33,794 bases of DNA from Solirubrobacterales bacterium (GCA_035688445.1 DASSNA010000311.1:1-33794), one strand, 5' to 3'; shown: positions 23,908 to 32,384, numbered from the stretch's first letter. The notes: generated by a model from the letters alone, not told the origin. Numbers and translations are program-made.

Positions 23908-25092
23908 TCAGGCGGCGATCGCCGGGGCGGGCAGTAGGCCGATCTCCCGCGCCGCGGCGCCGATCTCCCGCGCCGCCCAGATCAGCTCCTCGGGGCGGTG
24001 AGTAGCCATCGCGGTCAGGCGCAGCCGCGAGGAGCCCTCGGGCACGGTCGGCGGCCGGATGCCCTGGGCGAAGACGCGGCGCTCCAGCGCCCGCTCGCAG
24101 AGCGCCATCGCCGCCTCGGCCTCGCCGACCTCGACCGGGACGATCTGGGTCCGCGAGCCGCTCGCGCCGAGACCCTCGGCCGCGAGCGTCGCGCGCAGGG
24201 TCGCCGCGTTCGCCTGCAGGCGCTCGACCAGCTGCGGCTCGGCTTCGAGCAGGTCCAGCGCCACCAGCGCCGCTCCGGCGGCCGGCGGCGGCGGTGCGGT
24301 GGAGAAGATGAACGGCCGCGCTGTGTTGACGAGGAAGTCGACGGTTTCGGCGTTGGCGCAGACATAGGCGCCGTAGGAGCCGAGCGCCTTGCCGAGCGTC
24401 CCGACCACCACGTCGACTTCGCCGCTTAGTCCTGCCGCGGCGACCGAGCCGCGCCCGCCGGGACCGATTGCGCCGGTCGCGTGCGCCTCGTCGACCATCA
24501 GGCGCGCCCCATGGCGCCGCGCCAGCTCCAGCAGCTCCACCAGCGGCGCCAGGTCCCCATCCATCGAGAAGACGCCGTCGGTGACGATCAGCGCCGGACG
24601 ACCGCGCACGTGGTAGAGCGCCCAGGCGAGGTGTTCGAGGTCCGCGTGGCGGTAAACGAAGGTCTCGGCTCGCGAGAGCCGGCAGCCGTCGACGATGCTG
24701 GCGTGGTTGAGCTCGTCGGAGAAGACGACCTCGCCGCGGCCGGCGAGAGCGGCGACGGCGCCGGTGTTGGCGAGGTAGCCAGAGCCGAACAGCAGCGCCG
24801 CCTCGTAGCCCTTGAACTCGGCCAGCCGCTCCTCCAGCGCCCGGTGCGGCTCCATGTTGCCGGAGATCAGCCGCGAGGCCCCCGAGCCCGCGCCCCAGCG
24901 CAGCGCCGCCTCGGCCGCCGCCTCGCGCACCTCGGCCCGGTCGGCAAGCCCGAGGTAGTTGTTCGAGCAGAGGAGGAGGACGGGGCTGCCGTCGAGGGTG
25001 ACGCTGGGGCCCTGGGGCCCGTCGATCAGGCGAAGTCGCCGGTGGAGTCCGCGTTCGCGGAGCTCCTCGAGCCGCGCGGCGACGTCGGTCAC
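23908..25092 (-). CDS. bioF: 8-amino-7-oxononanoate synthase
   Basis: 'SNNYLGL', 'DEAHATG' and 'GTLGKALGSYGAYV' (PLP Lys) are class-II aminotransferase/BioF motifs. The start is set at the GTG at 25092, which overlaps the bioB TGA (GTGA). The track ORF extends to 25161. Confidence 0.88.
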   Translation of the reverse strand: MTDVAARLEELRERGLHRRLRLIDGPQGPSVTLDGSPVLLLCSNNYLGLADRAEVREAAAEAALRWGAGSGASRLISGNMEPHRALEERLAEFKGYEAALLFGSGYLANTGAVAALAGRGEVVFSDELNHASIVDGCRLSRAETFVYRHADLEHLAWALYHVRGRPALIVTDGVFSMDGDLAPLVELLELARRHGARLMVDEAHATGAIGPGGRGSVAAAGLSGEVDVVVGTLGKALGSYGAYVCANAETVDFLVNTARPFIFSTAPPPPAAGAALVALDLLEAEPQLVERLQANAATLRATLAAEGLGASGSRTQIVPVEVGEAEAAMALCERALERRVFAQGIRPPTVPEGSSRLRLTAMATHRPEELIWAAREIGAAAREIGLLPAPAIAA

Positions 25093-26213
25093 GCCGCCCG
25101 TGGGTAGGAAGGCGGCTTCTTCGCCTTCTTGACGACCCGCAGCTGGGTCGAGGGATCCCAAAAGTTCGCCTCGTCCTGGCTATCCACCAGCTCGTCCATC
25201 GGCGTCGCCGGCGTCTCCCCCTCAAGCCAGCCGGAGCGGTTGTCGGGGCGCGGGTTGGCGCCGTTATCGGGCTGGCGGGCGACATTGAGGCCGAGCTCTT
25301 CGAACATTGCCCGGTCCTCGGCCGGCTCGGCGCCGAGGGTGGTAAGGAAGTTGCCCATCATCACTCCGTTCAGGCCCGCTTTGACGGCGAGCCCGTGCAG
25401 CTCGCCGAGGTTCTCGACCCGGCCGCCGCAGAGGCGGAAGAGGGCGCCGGGGATAATCAGGCGGAAGATCGCGATCCACTTGACGACGTCCCAGGGGTCC
25501 ATCGTCGTGCGGTCGCCGAATTTCGTCCCCTCCTTCGGGATCAGCAGGTTGATCGGCACCGAGGTGGGGTTGATCTCGGAGAGCTCGAATGCCATCTCGA
25601 CCCGCTGCTCGGGCGTCTCGCCGAGGTTGAGGATGCCGCCGACGCAGGTCTCGAGGCCGGCCTCCTTGACCGCCTGGATCGTCCGCAGGCGGCCCTCGTA
25701 GCGGACCGTGGTCGAGACCTCGGGGTAGTAGGAGCGCGCCGACTCGACGTTGTGGTGGACGCGCTGGACCCCCGCTTCCTTCAGCGCCTTCGCCCGTTCG
25801 ACCGACATGTGGCCGATCGAGGCGCAGCGCTTGAGGTTGGTCTGCTCGGCGACCAGGCGGGCGCCGTCGAGGATCTTCTGGAAGTCGCGTTTGGAGAGGC
25901 CCTGCCCCTGGGTGACCATGCAGAAGCGATGGGCGCCGGCCGCCTCGGCCGCTTTCGCGTGCTCGAGCAGCTGCTCCGGCTCCATCATCGCGTGCATTGG
26001 CGTGTCGGCCTCGGCGTAGCGGGACTGGGCGCAGAAGCCGCAGTCCTCGGCGCAGCCGCCTGACTTGGCGTTGACCAGCGAGCACATGTCGGTCGAGTCG
26101 CCGAAGTTCTCCTGGCGAACCTGCCAGGCGCGTTCGACGAGGCCGCCGATCTCGTCGTGGTCGGTGAGGCGGCCGTAGGCAAGGGCCTCCTCAGCAGTAA
26201 TCAAGGGGGGCAT
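25089..26213 (-). CDS. bioB: Biotin synthase (radical SAM)
   Basis: 'KSGGCAEDCGFCAQS' is the CxxxCxxC cluster motif, within a BioB-like body. The start is set at the ATG at 26213 (MPPLITAEEAL), because the longer track ORF would translate the palindromic repeat. About 50 extra C-terminal residues are present. Confidence 0.92.
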   Translation of the reverse strand: MPPLITAEEALAYGRLTDHDEIGGLVERAWQVRQENFGDSTDMCSLVNAKSGGCAEDCGFCAQSRYAEADTPMHAMMEPEQLLEHAKAAEAAGAHRFCMVTQGQGLSKRDFQKILDGARLVAEQTNLKRCASIGHMSVERAKALKEAGVQRVHHNVESARSYYPEVSTTVRYEGRLRTIQAVKEAGLETCVGGILNLGETPEQRVEMAFELSEINPTSVPINLLIPKEGTKFGDRTTMDPWDVVKWIAIFRLIIPGALFRLCGGRVENLGELHGLAVKAGLNGVMMGNFLTTLGAEPAEDRAMFEELGLNVARQPDNGANPRPDNRSGWLEGETPATPMDELVDSQDEANFWDPSTQLRVVKKAKKPPSYPRAA

Positions 26214-26250
26214 CTGGGCGCAGCCTAAAAAGCGCCCCGGACGCCTGGCC

Positions 26251-26304
26251 GGGGGGTGGTTGAGCTTAGTTCCGCATAGCGAGACAAAGCTCAACCACAC
26301 CCCC
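26251..26304. repeat. Palindromic repeat, copy 2 (in the bioB / GH3 divergent intergenic region)
   Basis: GGGGGGTGGTTGAGCTT (26251-67), a 19-nt centre, then AAGCTCAACCACACCCCC (26287-304). The arms match copy 1 (TGGTTGAGCTT / CAAAGCTCAACCACACCC). The left arm lacks a TG present in the right arm. Confidence 0.8.
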
Positions 26305-26318
26305 TAGCATCGGGACGG

Positions 26319-27425
26319 ATGGAGCGCGCGACTAGGCGACGGCTTTCGCTGGGGACGCTGTCCTGTCTGGCGGTCGTGGCCTTCGCCCTCGGCGCGATGC
26401 TCGGCAACGACCCGGCCCCTGAACCCCGCCCCGCCGAGGCGCTCTCGCTGAAGCAACTCGCCGGTGAGCGAATCGCCACTGGCCTTGGCGGCACCTCGAT
26501 CTCGCCGGCGTTGCGGGCGGTGATCCGGGAAGGGAAGGTCGCCGGCGTCGTTCTCTTTGCCGCCAACTTCCCCAGTCGCGCCGCCGGACAGCGGCTGATC
26601 GACCGCCTGCAGTCGATCCCTCGTCCCGCGAAGCTGCGCGACCCGCTGCTAATCATGGTCGACCAGGAGGGAGGGGCGGTGAAGCGCCTCGCCGGCGCTC
26701 CTACCGCCTCCGCCCGCGAGATGGGCGCCCGTGGCGCCGCCTTCAGCGCCCGCCAGGGCCGCCTCACCGCTGCCAACCTGGATGACGTCGGCGTCAACGT
26801 CGACCTCGCTCCCGTCCTCGACGTCGAGCGGCCGGGCGGGGTGATCGCGGCAACGGAATGCAGCTTCGGCGCGAGCGCGCCGCGGGTGAGTGCGACCGCG
26901 ATCCCCTTCGCGCAGGCGCTGCAGGATGGCGGCGTCGCCGCGACCGGCAAGCACTTCCCCGGCTTCGGCGCCGCCCGCGAAAACACCGACTTCTCGGTCG
27001 AACGGATCGACCTCTCCAAGCAAGAGCTGCGCGCGGTCGACGAGAAGCCCTACGCGGCTTTCACGGCTGCCGGCGGCAAGCTGGTGATGCTCAGCACCGC
27101 CGTCTACCCCGCCTTCTCCGAGGACCCAGCCGCTTTTACGCGCTCGATCGTGACCGGCGAGTTGCGCAATCGCCTCGGCTTCGAAGGCCTCTCGATCACC
27201 GACTCGCTGGAAACGCCTGCCGTCGAACACTTCGGTGGCACCGGCAAAGTGGCGGTCGCCGGTGCCCGGGCCGGCTCTGACCTGCTGCTCTTCGCTCACC
27301 TCGGCCCGGCGCGTGCCGCCTGGCGTGCGCTGGTGGCGAAGCTGCGCTCCGGTGGCCTCGACCGCGAAGAATTCGAGGCTGCGGCCGAACGGGTCCTCGA
27401 ACTGCGCGCCGGCTTGCCCCGCTAG
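26319..27425 (+). CDS. Glycoside hydrolase family 3 N-terminal-domain protein (NagZ-like beta-N-acetylhexosaminidase), exported or anchored
   Basis: 'LIMVDQEGGAVKRL' and 'ATGKHFPGFG' are GH3 signature segments. The N terminus has a hydrophobic segment, LSCLAVVAFALGAML. Confidence 0.8.
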   Translation: MERATRRRLSLGTLSCLAVVAFALGAMLGNDPAPEPRPAEALSLKQLAGERIATGLGGTSISPALRAVIREGKVAGVVLFAANFPSRAAGQRLIDRLQSIPRPAKLRDPLLIMVDQEGGAVKRLAGAPTASAREMGARGAAFSARQGRLTAANLDDVGVNVDLAPVLDVERPGGVIAATECSFGASAPRVSATAIPFAQALQDGGVAATGKHFPGFGAARENTDFSVERIDLSKQELRAVDEKPYAAFTAAGGKLVMLSTAVYPAFSEDPAAFTRSIVTGELRNRLGFEGLSITDSLETPAVEHFGGTGKVAVAGARAGSDLLLFAHLGPARAAWRALVAKLRSGGLDREEFEAAAERVLELRAGLPR

Positions 27426-28897
27426 CGGCCCTCGGTGGCGTCCTCGCGCACCGCCAGCGGGTCAAAGATGCGGACGTTGTCGCCCCCCGCGTCCTTAGCC
27501 GCGTACATCGCCGTGTCGGCCTCGGAGATGAGGGTGGTGAGGCTGGTGCGGGGGTCTTCACCGAACATCGCGATGCCGACGCTGACGGTGATCTGGTCGT
27601 CGCCGTCGGTGCGCTGCTCGCGGATCTCGCGCGTGAGCGCCTCGGCGGCCAGCGTCGCCTCCTGGGGGCTGCAGCGGGGGAGGATCACCGCGAACTCGTC
27701 GCCGCCCAGTCGGGCCAGCGAGTCGCCGGCCCTGACCCGCTGGCGCAGCACCGCCGCCACCCCCTCCAGCACCCGGTCGCCGGCGGGATGGCCGCCGGAG
27801 TCGTTGACTCGCTTGAAGCCATCGAGGTCCAGCACCAGCAGGGCTCCAGTTGAGCTATCGCGGCGGCTGCGCGCCATCGACGCCGCCAGGTTCTGCTCGA
27901 AGCGCCGGCGATTGTCAAGGCCAGTGAGAGAGTCCTCGCTCGCCTGCCGCTCCAGCTCCCGCAGCCGTTCTTTGCGGTCCCAGCTGACGATCAGGGAGGC
28001 GAGCAGGGCGGCGAGCGCGATCCCCAGCACGCCCAGGGCGAGCGGCAGGCTGAGGTCTGCGCCACCCGGGTCCTTGACGGCCAGCAGCCAGGTGCGGTCG
28101 GCGATGTGGACGGGGGCGGTGGTGGCGTCTTCGAGTTCTCCTCCAGGACCGTCTACGAGCTTTCGTCCCATCCACAGCTGCGCCTCGACGTTGTCGGGGA
28201 GGGCAGCGGTTGCAGTCCCGGCCAGGTCTTCGACCCGGAAGGCGCCGCCGACGAAGCCGAGCAGGGCCCGGCGCCGCTCCGCCACCGTGGCCGTGGGGGC
28301 GCCGTCGCGGTAGATCGCTTTGTAGACGTTGATCCCGGCGCCGCCGAGCAGCAGGGGGACGAGCGAGGTAGCCACGGGGGCGGCGGAGTCACGCGCGCGC
28401 AGCAGGTAGGGCCTGCGGTGGGAGTCGGCGCCGACGTCGTAGCCAAAGCCGCGGCGCGGCGTGGCAACCATGGTGGTGTAGGTCAGCGGGAAGTATTCGG
28501 CCCGGCGTCCTGCTCGTTTCAGGCTCTGGTCGGGCTTGCGTTCGAGGATTTCCAGCCCGTGCGCGCTTTCGTAGCTAGCGCGCTCGGAGGCCGGCACCCG
28601 TGGGATGTAGGCGGCTGCGCTGAGAACTCCCTCGCTCAGCAGCGAACGGCCGATGATGCCGAACTCGTGCCCGGTGAGGTCACGCTCGGCCTCGAAGAAG
28701 GCGGCGGCGCTGGAGAGCTTGGCGATCGAAAGCCCCGCCACCGATTCCATCTGGCGCGCCGCCCGCACCGCCTCGTCGTGCTGCATGCGGTGGAAGTCGT
28801 CGCGGTCCTTGACGTAGACGCCGGCCGCGGCGATCACGGACCCGATCGCGACCGCGGCGACCGCCGCAATGCCGATCCAGAAGCGGGTGCGCCTCAT
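27422..28897 (-). CDS. Membrane diguanylate cyclase with a periplasmic CHASE-like sensor and a GGDEF domain
   Basis: N-terminal TM, a CHASE-like extracytoplasmic region ('EYFPLTYTT...GYDVGADSHRRPYLLRARDS'), a second TM, then 'DSLTGLDNRRRF ... RLGGDEFAVIL'. Confidence 0.85.
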   Translation of the reverse strand: MRRTRFWIGIAAVAAVAIGSVIAAAGVYVKDRDDFHRMQHDEAVRAARQMESVAGLSIAKLSSAAAFFEAERDLTGHEFGIIGRSLLSEGVLSAAAYIPRVPASERASYESAHGLEILERKPDQSLKRAGRRAEYFPLTYTTMVATPRRGFGYDVGADSHRRPYLLRARDSAAPVATSLVPLLLGGAGINVYKAIYRDGAPTATVAERRRALLGFVGGAFRVEDLAGTATAALPDNVEAQLWMGRKLVDGPGGELEDATTAPVHIADRTWLLAVKDPGGADLSLPLALGVLGIALAALLASLIVSWDRKERLRELERQASEDSLTGLDNRRRFEQNLAASMARSRRDSSTGALLVLDLDGFKRVNDSGGHPAGDRVLEGVAAVLRQRVRAGDSLARLGGDEFAVILPRCSPQEATLAAEALTREIREQRTDGDDQITVSVGIAMFGEDPRTSLTTLISEADTAMYAAKDAGGDNVRIFDPLAVREDATEGR

Positions 28898-29538
28898 CCG
28901 GGCACCGCCGCCAGGGACTCCCAGAGGTAAAGCGAGGCGAGGCTGCGGTAGGGACTCCAGGGCTCGCTGATCTCCATTACCCGGGTCGGCGGCGGCATCT
29001 CCTCTAGCCCGTACTCCACCTGGATCGCTTTGCGGATCCCAAGATCGCCGCCGGAGATGACATCGGGTCGTTCGAGGTAGAAGAGCAGGAACATCTCGGC
29101 GGTCCAGCGGCCGAGGCCGCGGACGGCGACGATCTCCTCGATCACTTCCTCGTCACCCAGCGCGTCGAGCCGGTCCAGCTCCAGCTCGCCGCTGAGGACG
29201 TGCGAGGCAAGGTCACGGATGTATTCGGTCTTGCGGCCGGAGAGGCCCGCCCCGCGCAGGTCCTTTTCCTGGGCCTCAAGTAGCTGCTCGGGCGAGGGGG
29301 TGGTGCCGTCGAAGAGGTCGAGCACGCGCAGGTAGATCGTCCGCGCCGCTTTGGTCGAGAGCTGTTGGCCGACAATTGCCCGCAGCAGGGCGCCGTAGGC
29401 GTCGGCCGGGCGCTCCTCTTTGCGCCGTCGCAGCCGGGTCGCGAGGTCGATTTTCCCGACCCGCTCGATCAGCGCCGCCATCGTCGGGTCGGAAGCGGCC
29501 AGGTGTTTGAGCGCCTTCGCGCTCACCGTCCGGTCCAC
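28894..29538 (-). CDS. HhH-GPD DNA glycosylase (AlkA-like DNA-3-methyladenine glycosylase II)
   Basis: 'IVGQQLSTKAA', 'LRGAGLSGRKTEYIRDLA', 'VRGLGRWTAEMFLLF' and the catalytic-Asp region 'GGDLGIRKA'. Confidence 0.8.
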   Translation of the reverse strand: MDRTVSAKALKHLAASDPTMAALIERVGKIDLATRLRRRKEERPADAYGALLRAIVGQQLSTKAARTIYLRVLDLFDGTTPSPEQLLEAQEKDLRGAGLSGRKTEYIRDLASHVLSGELELDRLDALGDEEVIEEIVAVRGLGRWTAEMFLLFYLERPDVISGGDLGIRKAIQVEYGLEEMPPPTRVMEISEPWSPYRSLASLYLWESLAAVPG

Positions 29539-30329
29539 CGCGGGCGCCGCCGCTCGCCGAAGGCGCGGATGCCCTCGCGCAGGTCCTCGGAGGAGAAGCA
29601 GGACTCGCGCAGGGCGACCAGCCCCGCCTCCTGCTGCTCGGTCAGTTCGGGGCGGGCGTTGAGGAGGTCGATCGCGTGCTTGTTGCCGCGCATCGAGAGC
29701 GGCGCGTTCTCGGCGATCGCCGCCGCCAGCGCGATCGACTCGCGCTCGAGCTCCTCGGCGCCGACGACTTCGTTGACGAGGCTGATCTGCTCGGCGCGCT
29801 CGGCGTCGAGGTTGCGGCCGGTGAGGAAGAGCTCCTTGGTACGGGGAAGGCCGATCACGTCGAGGAACTTGCGCAGGCCGGTGTGGCCATAGATCAGGCC
29901 GAGTTTGGCGGGGGGCATGCCGAGCATGGCGCCGCTGGCGCAGATCCGCAGGTCGCAGGTGATCGCCAGCTCCAGTCCGCCACCGAGGCAGTGGCCGTTG
30001 ATCGCCGCCACGGTCGGCCAGGGATGGTGGGCGAGCGCCTCCATCGCCGCGTGGAAGGGGTGGGCGACCAGCGCCTCGGCGTCGCGCTCGAAGCTCTCCT
30101 CGGCGAGCCCGGCGATGTCGTAGCCGGCCGAGAAGAGCGGCGGCGCCCCGGTGAGGAGGACGCAGCGGGTCTCGATCCCCTGGTCGAGCCGGGGTATTAC
30201 CTCGGCGATCGCGTCGAGGATGTCGTGGTCGAGGGCGTTGCGCCGCTCGGGGTTGGAGATCGTCAGCCGGGCGACCGCCTCGGCCGGCCTGTCGAGAAGG
30301 AGCTTTCCGCCCGCCAGGCGCTCCTCCAC
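29523..30329 (-). CDS. Enoyl-CoA hydratase/isomerase (crotonase) family protein
   Basis: 'ISNPERRNALD', 'FSAGYDI' and 'AAINGHCLGGGLELAITCDLRI' are crotonase motifs. The start is placed at the GTG at 30329; the longer track ORF (to 30779) is Arg/Gly-rich junk overlapping the next gene. Confidence 0.85.
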   Translation of the reverse strand: MEERLAGGKLLLDRPAEAVARLTISNPERRNALDHDILDAIAEVIPRLDQGIETRCVLLTGAPPLFSAGYDIAGLAEESFERDAEALVAHPFHAAMEALAHHPWPTVAAINGHCLGGGLELAITCDLRICASGAMLGMPPAKLGLIYGHTGLRKFLDVIGLPRTKELFLTGRNLDAERAEQISLVNEVVGAEELERESIALAAAIAENAPLSMRGNKHAIDLLNARPELTEQQEAGLVALRESCFSSEDLREGIRAFGERRRPRWTGR

Positions 30330-30331
30330 TG

Positions 30332-30544
30332 CTACTCCAGGACCACGAGGACGTCGCCTTCGCTTACTGCCTGGCCCTCCTCGCAGCGGATCTCCTTGAC
30401 GACTCCGTCGTCTTCGGCCTCGACCGGGATCTCCATCTTCATCGACTCGAGGATGACGACGGTGTCGCCGTCGGACACCTTGTCGCCGACCGCGACCTCG
30501 ATTTTCCAGACGTTGCCGGTGATGTGTGCCTCGATGTCTGCCAT
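30332..30544 (-). CDS. Stand-alone biotinyl/lipoyl-domain protein (BCCP-like, 70 aa)
   Basis: MADIEAHITGNVWKIEVAVGDKVSDGDTVVILESMKMEIPVEA... carries the biotinylation motif E-S-M-K-M. The start is the ATG at 30544. Confidence 0.85.
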   Translation of the reverse strand: MADIEAHITGNVWKIEVAVGDKVSDGDTVVILESMKMEIPVEAEDDGVVKEIRCEEGQAVSEGDVLVVLE

Positions 30545-31316
30545 GGGCGGGGACAATAACCCGACGATGGGACCGGAAGCTGCGGCAGGCGAGAACGATG
30601 GGCTGACGGCGATCGTCGCCGCCCGCAACGAGGCCGATCGGATCGGGGAGACGGTGCGGGCGCTGCGCGACGCTTTCCCCGGGGTGAGGGTGTGGGTCGC
30701 CGACGACGCCTCTGAGGACGGCACCGCCGAGGCGGCGATGGTTGCCGGCGCCGAGGTGGTGCGCCGCGGGCGCTCGCACGGCAAGGGCGGCAACGTCACC
30801 GCCGCGGCTGAGGCGGCGCTGAGCGCCGAGCCGGCGCCGCGGATCGTGCTGCTGTGCGACGGCGACCTCGGGGCCTCGGCCTCGCGCCTGGCGCCGCTCG
30901 TCGAGGCGCTGCGCCGAGGGGAGTGCGATCTCGCCGTCGCCTCCTTCAGCCGCCGCGTCGGCGGCGGCTTCGGCCTGGCACTCGGCTTCGCCCGCTGGGC
31001 AATCCGCCGCCTCTGCGGCCTCGAGACCGAGGCGCCGATTTCGGGTCAGCGGGCGCTACGGGTCGAGACCCTGCGCGCCGCCCTGCCGTTTGCTCCCGGC
31101 TACGGGATGGAGATCGGGATGACCGTGGACGCCGCCCGCGCCGGCTTCCGCCTGCGCGAGTACGAGCTGGACCTCGAGCACCGTGCCACCGGCAGGAACC
31201 TCCGTGGCTTCCTCCACCGCGCCGGCCAGTTGCGGGACTTCTTGCGGGTTTACGTGTCCCGCTTGCGTCCGGTGCAGAGCTCTTCACCACGTGACAAAGA
31301 ATTTCCACTTCAGTGA
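30543..31316 (+). CDS. GT-A fold glycosyltransferase (family 2/81, glucosyl-3-phosphoglycerate-synthase-like)
   Basis: 'TAIVAARNEADRIGETV', 'VADDASEDGT', 'CDGDL' (DxD) and 'LPFAPGYGMEIGMTVD', which recalls GpgS. The start is uncertain (ATG at 30543 or 30567). The upstream part of the track ORF is antisense to other genes. Confidence 0.75.
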   Translation: MGGDNNPTMGPEAAAGENDGLTAIVAARNEADRIGETVRALRDAFPGVRVWVADDASEDGTAEAAMVAGAEVVRRGRSHGKGGNVTAAAEAALSAEPAPRIVLLCDGDLGASASRLAPLVEALRRGECDLAVASFSRRVGGGFGLALGFARWAIRRLCGLETEAPISGQRALRVETLRAALPFAPGYGMEIGMTVDAARAGFRLREYELDLEHRATGRNLRGFLHRAGQLRDFLRVYVSRLRPVQSSSPRDKEFPLQ

Positions 31317-31351
31317 CCCACACGTGAATAAATCCTTCGTAGGGTGGGATC

Positions 31352-31558
31352 ATGGAGGCGATGAGAGAGAAGTGGACCGACGAGCGGCTCGACGACCTCA
31401 ACGCGCGGGTGAGCGCGGGGTTCCAGCGGGTTGATGCAGATCTCCGTGAACTCCGCTCAGACATGAAGGCGATGCAGCGGCTGATTATCCAAGTCGGCGG
31501 TGGGTTGTTCGGGACGATGGTCATCGGCTTCCTCAGTCTTCTCGTCGCTCAGAATTAA
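31352..31558 (+). CDS. Small coiled-coil protein with a C-terminal TM helix (XhlA-like architecture)
   Basis: 68 aa: a charged helical N terminus 'REKWTDERLDDLNARVSAGFQRVDADLRELRSDMKAM', then 'GGGLFGTMVIGFLSLLVA'. It is preceded by an unusually A/T-rich spacer. Confidence 0.5.
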   Translation: MEAMREKWTDERLDDLNARVSAGFQRVDADLRELRSDMKAMQRLIIQVGGGLFGTMVIGFLSLLVAQN

Positions 31559-31583
31559 GACTGCTTCGCGTTAGCCTGAGTCG

Positions 31584-32384
31584 ATGCGAAGACGGGGGAA
31601 GAGGGTCGTGGTGCTCACTGCACTGGTAGCGGTGTCTCTGTTCGCTGCCTCGATGGCCGACGCCGAGTTGATCGAGCGCGGGGACCTCTTCGTCACGTTC
31701 GACGGCGGGATCGCGCCGCTGGCGCTGCCGCGGGACACGAACGCGCCGATCTCGGTCCGGGTTGACGGCACGATCAGGACGCTCTCCGGCGAGAGGCCGC
31801 CGGCGCTGCGCTGGATCACGATCGCGATCAACCGCGGTGGCAAGATCGACACCAAGGGGCTGCCACGTTGTAAGCGCTCGCAGATCGATCCCGCGACCAG
31901 CCAGGAAGCATTGGCGACCTGCGGGTCGGCGCTGGTCGGCGAAGGGCGCTACGTCGGCGCCGTCTCGCTCTCGGAACAGAACGCCTTCCCCCTTCGGGGG
32001 CGGATCCTCGCCTTCAACGCGATCGTCAACGGAAAGCGGGCAATCCTCGCCCACGTCTACGGCAAGAACCCGGTCCCCAACAGCCGCATCCTCGTCTTCC
32101 ACATCCGCCACTCGGGTGGGACCTACGGGACGATCCTCACCGCTGCCCTCCCGGCCAGGCTCAATCGCTTCGGCTACCTGAAGAAGATCACCCTCAACCT
32201 GCGGCGTCACTTCACCTACCACGGCCGCCGCCACAGCTACCTCACCGCCGCCTGCGCCGCCCCCGCCGGCTTCAACAGCGCCTCCTTCCCCTTCGTCCGC
32301 GTCTCGATGACCTTTTCCGACCGCCGCAAACTGTCCTCCGCCTTGATCCGCACCTGCCGGGTGAGGTCGGCTCAGCACCCGTGA
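31584..32384 (+). CDS. Secreted hypothetical protein
   Basis: Signal peptide MRRRGKRVVVLTALVAVSLFAASMADA with a coding-like body. No motif recognised. Its stop overlaps the glpK GTG (GTGA). Confidence 0.6.
   Translation: MRRRGKRVVVLTALVAVSLFAASMADAELIERGDLFVTFDGGIAPLALPRDTNAPISVRVDGTIRTLSGERPPALRWITIAINRGGKIDTKGLPRCKRSQIDPATSQEALATCGSALVGEGRYVGAVSLSEQNAFPLRGRILAFNAIVNGKRAILAHVYGKNPVPNSRILVFHIRHSGGTYGTILTAALPARLNRFGYLKKITLNLRRHFTYHGRRHSYLTAACAAPAGFNSASFPFVRVSMTFSDRRKLSSALIRTCRVRSAQHP

Noticed and set aside
24703-24715. Third partial match to the palindrome arm (GTGGTTGAGCT) inside bioF.
   Set aside because: It is a single 11-nt arm with no inverted partner, lying in a conserved coding segment, so it is most likely chance.
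23582-25285. 567-aa minus-strand ORF spanning bioD, bioF and bioB in another frame.
   Set aside because: The product is Arg/Pro/Gly-rich with no motifs, while the bioD, bioF and bioB frames are unambiguous.
26251-26304. A known biotin operator (BirA, BioQ or BioR site).
   Set aside because: The half-sites TGGTTGAGC/GCTCAACCA and their wide spacing do not match the BirA (TGTAAACC-type), BioQ (TGAAC..GTTCA) or BioR (TTATMKATAA) consensus sequences as I recall them. A near-identical copy also precedes an unrelated NUDIX gene.
29676-30540. N-terminal ~290 codons of the 546-aa plus-strand ORF.
   Set aside because: This part is antisense to the crotonase and BCCP-like genes and of low complexity. 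Only the part from about 30543 onward shows glycosyltransferase motifs.
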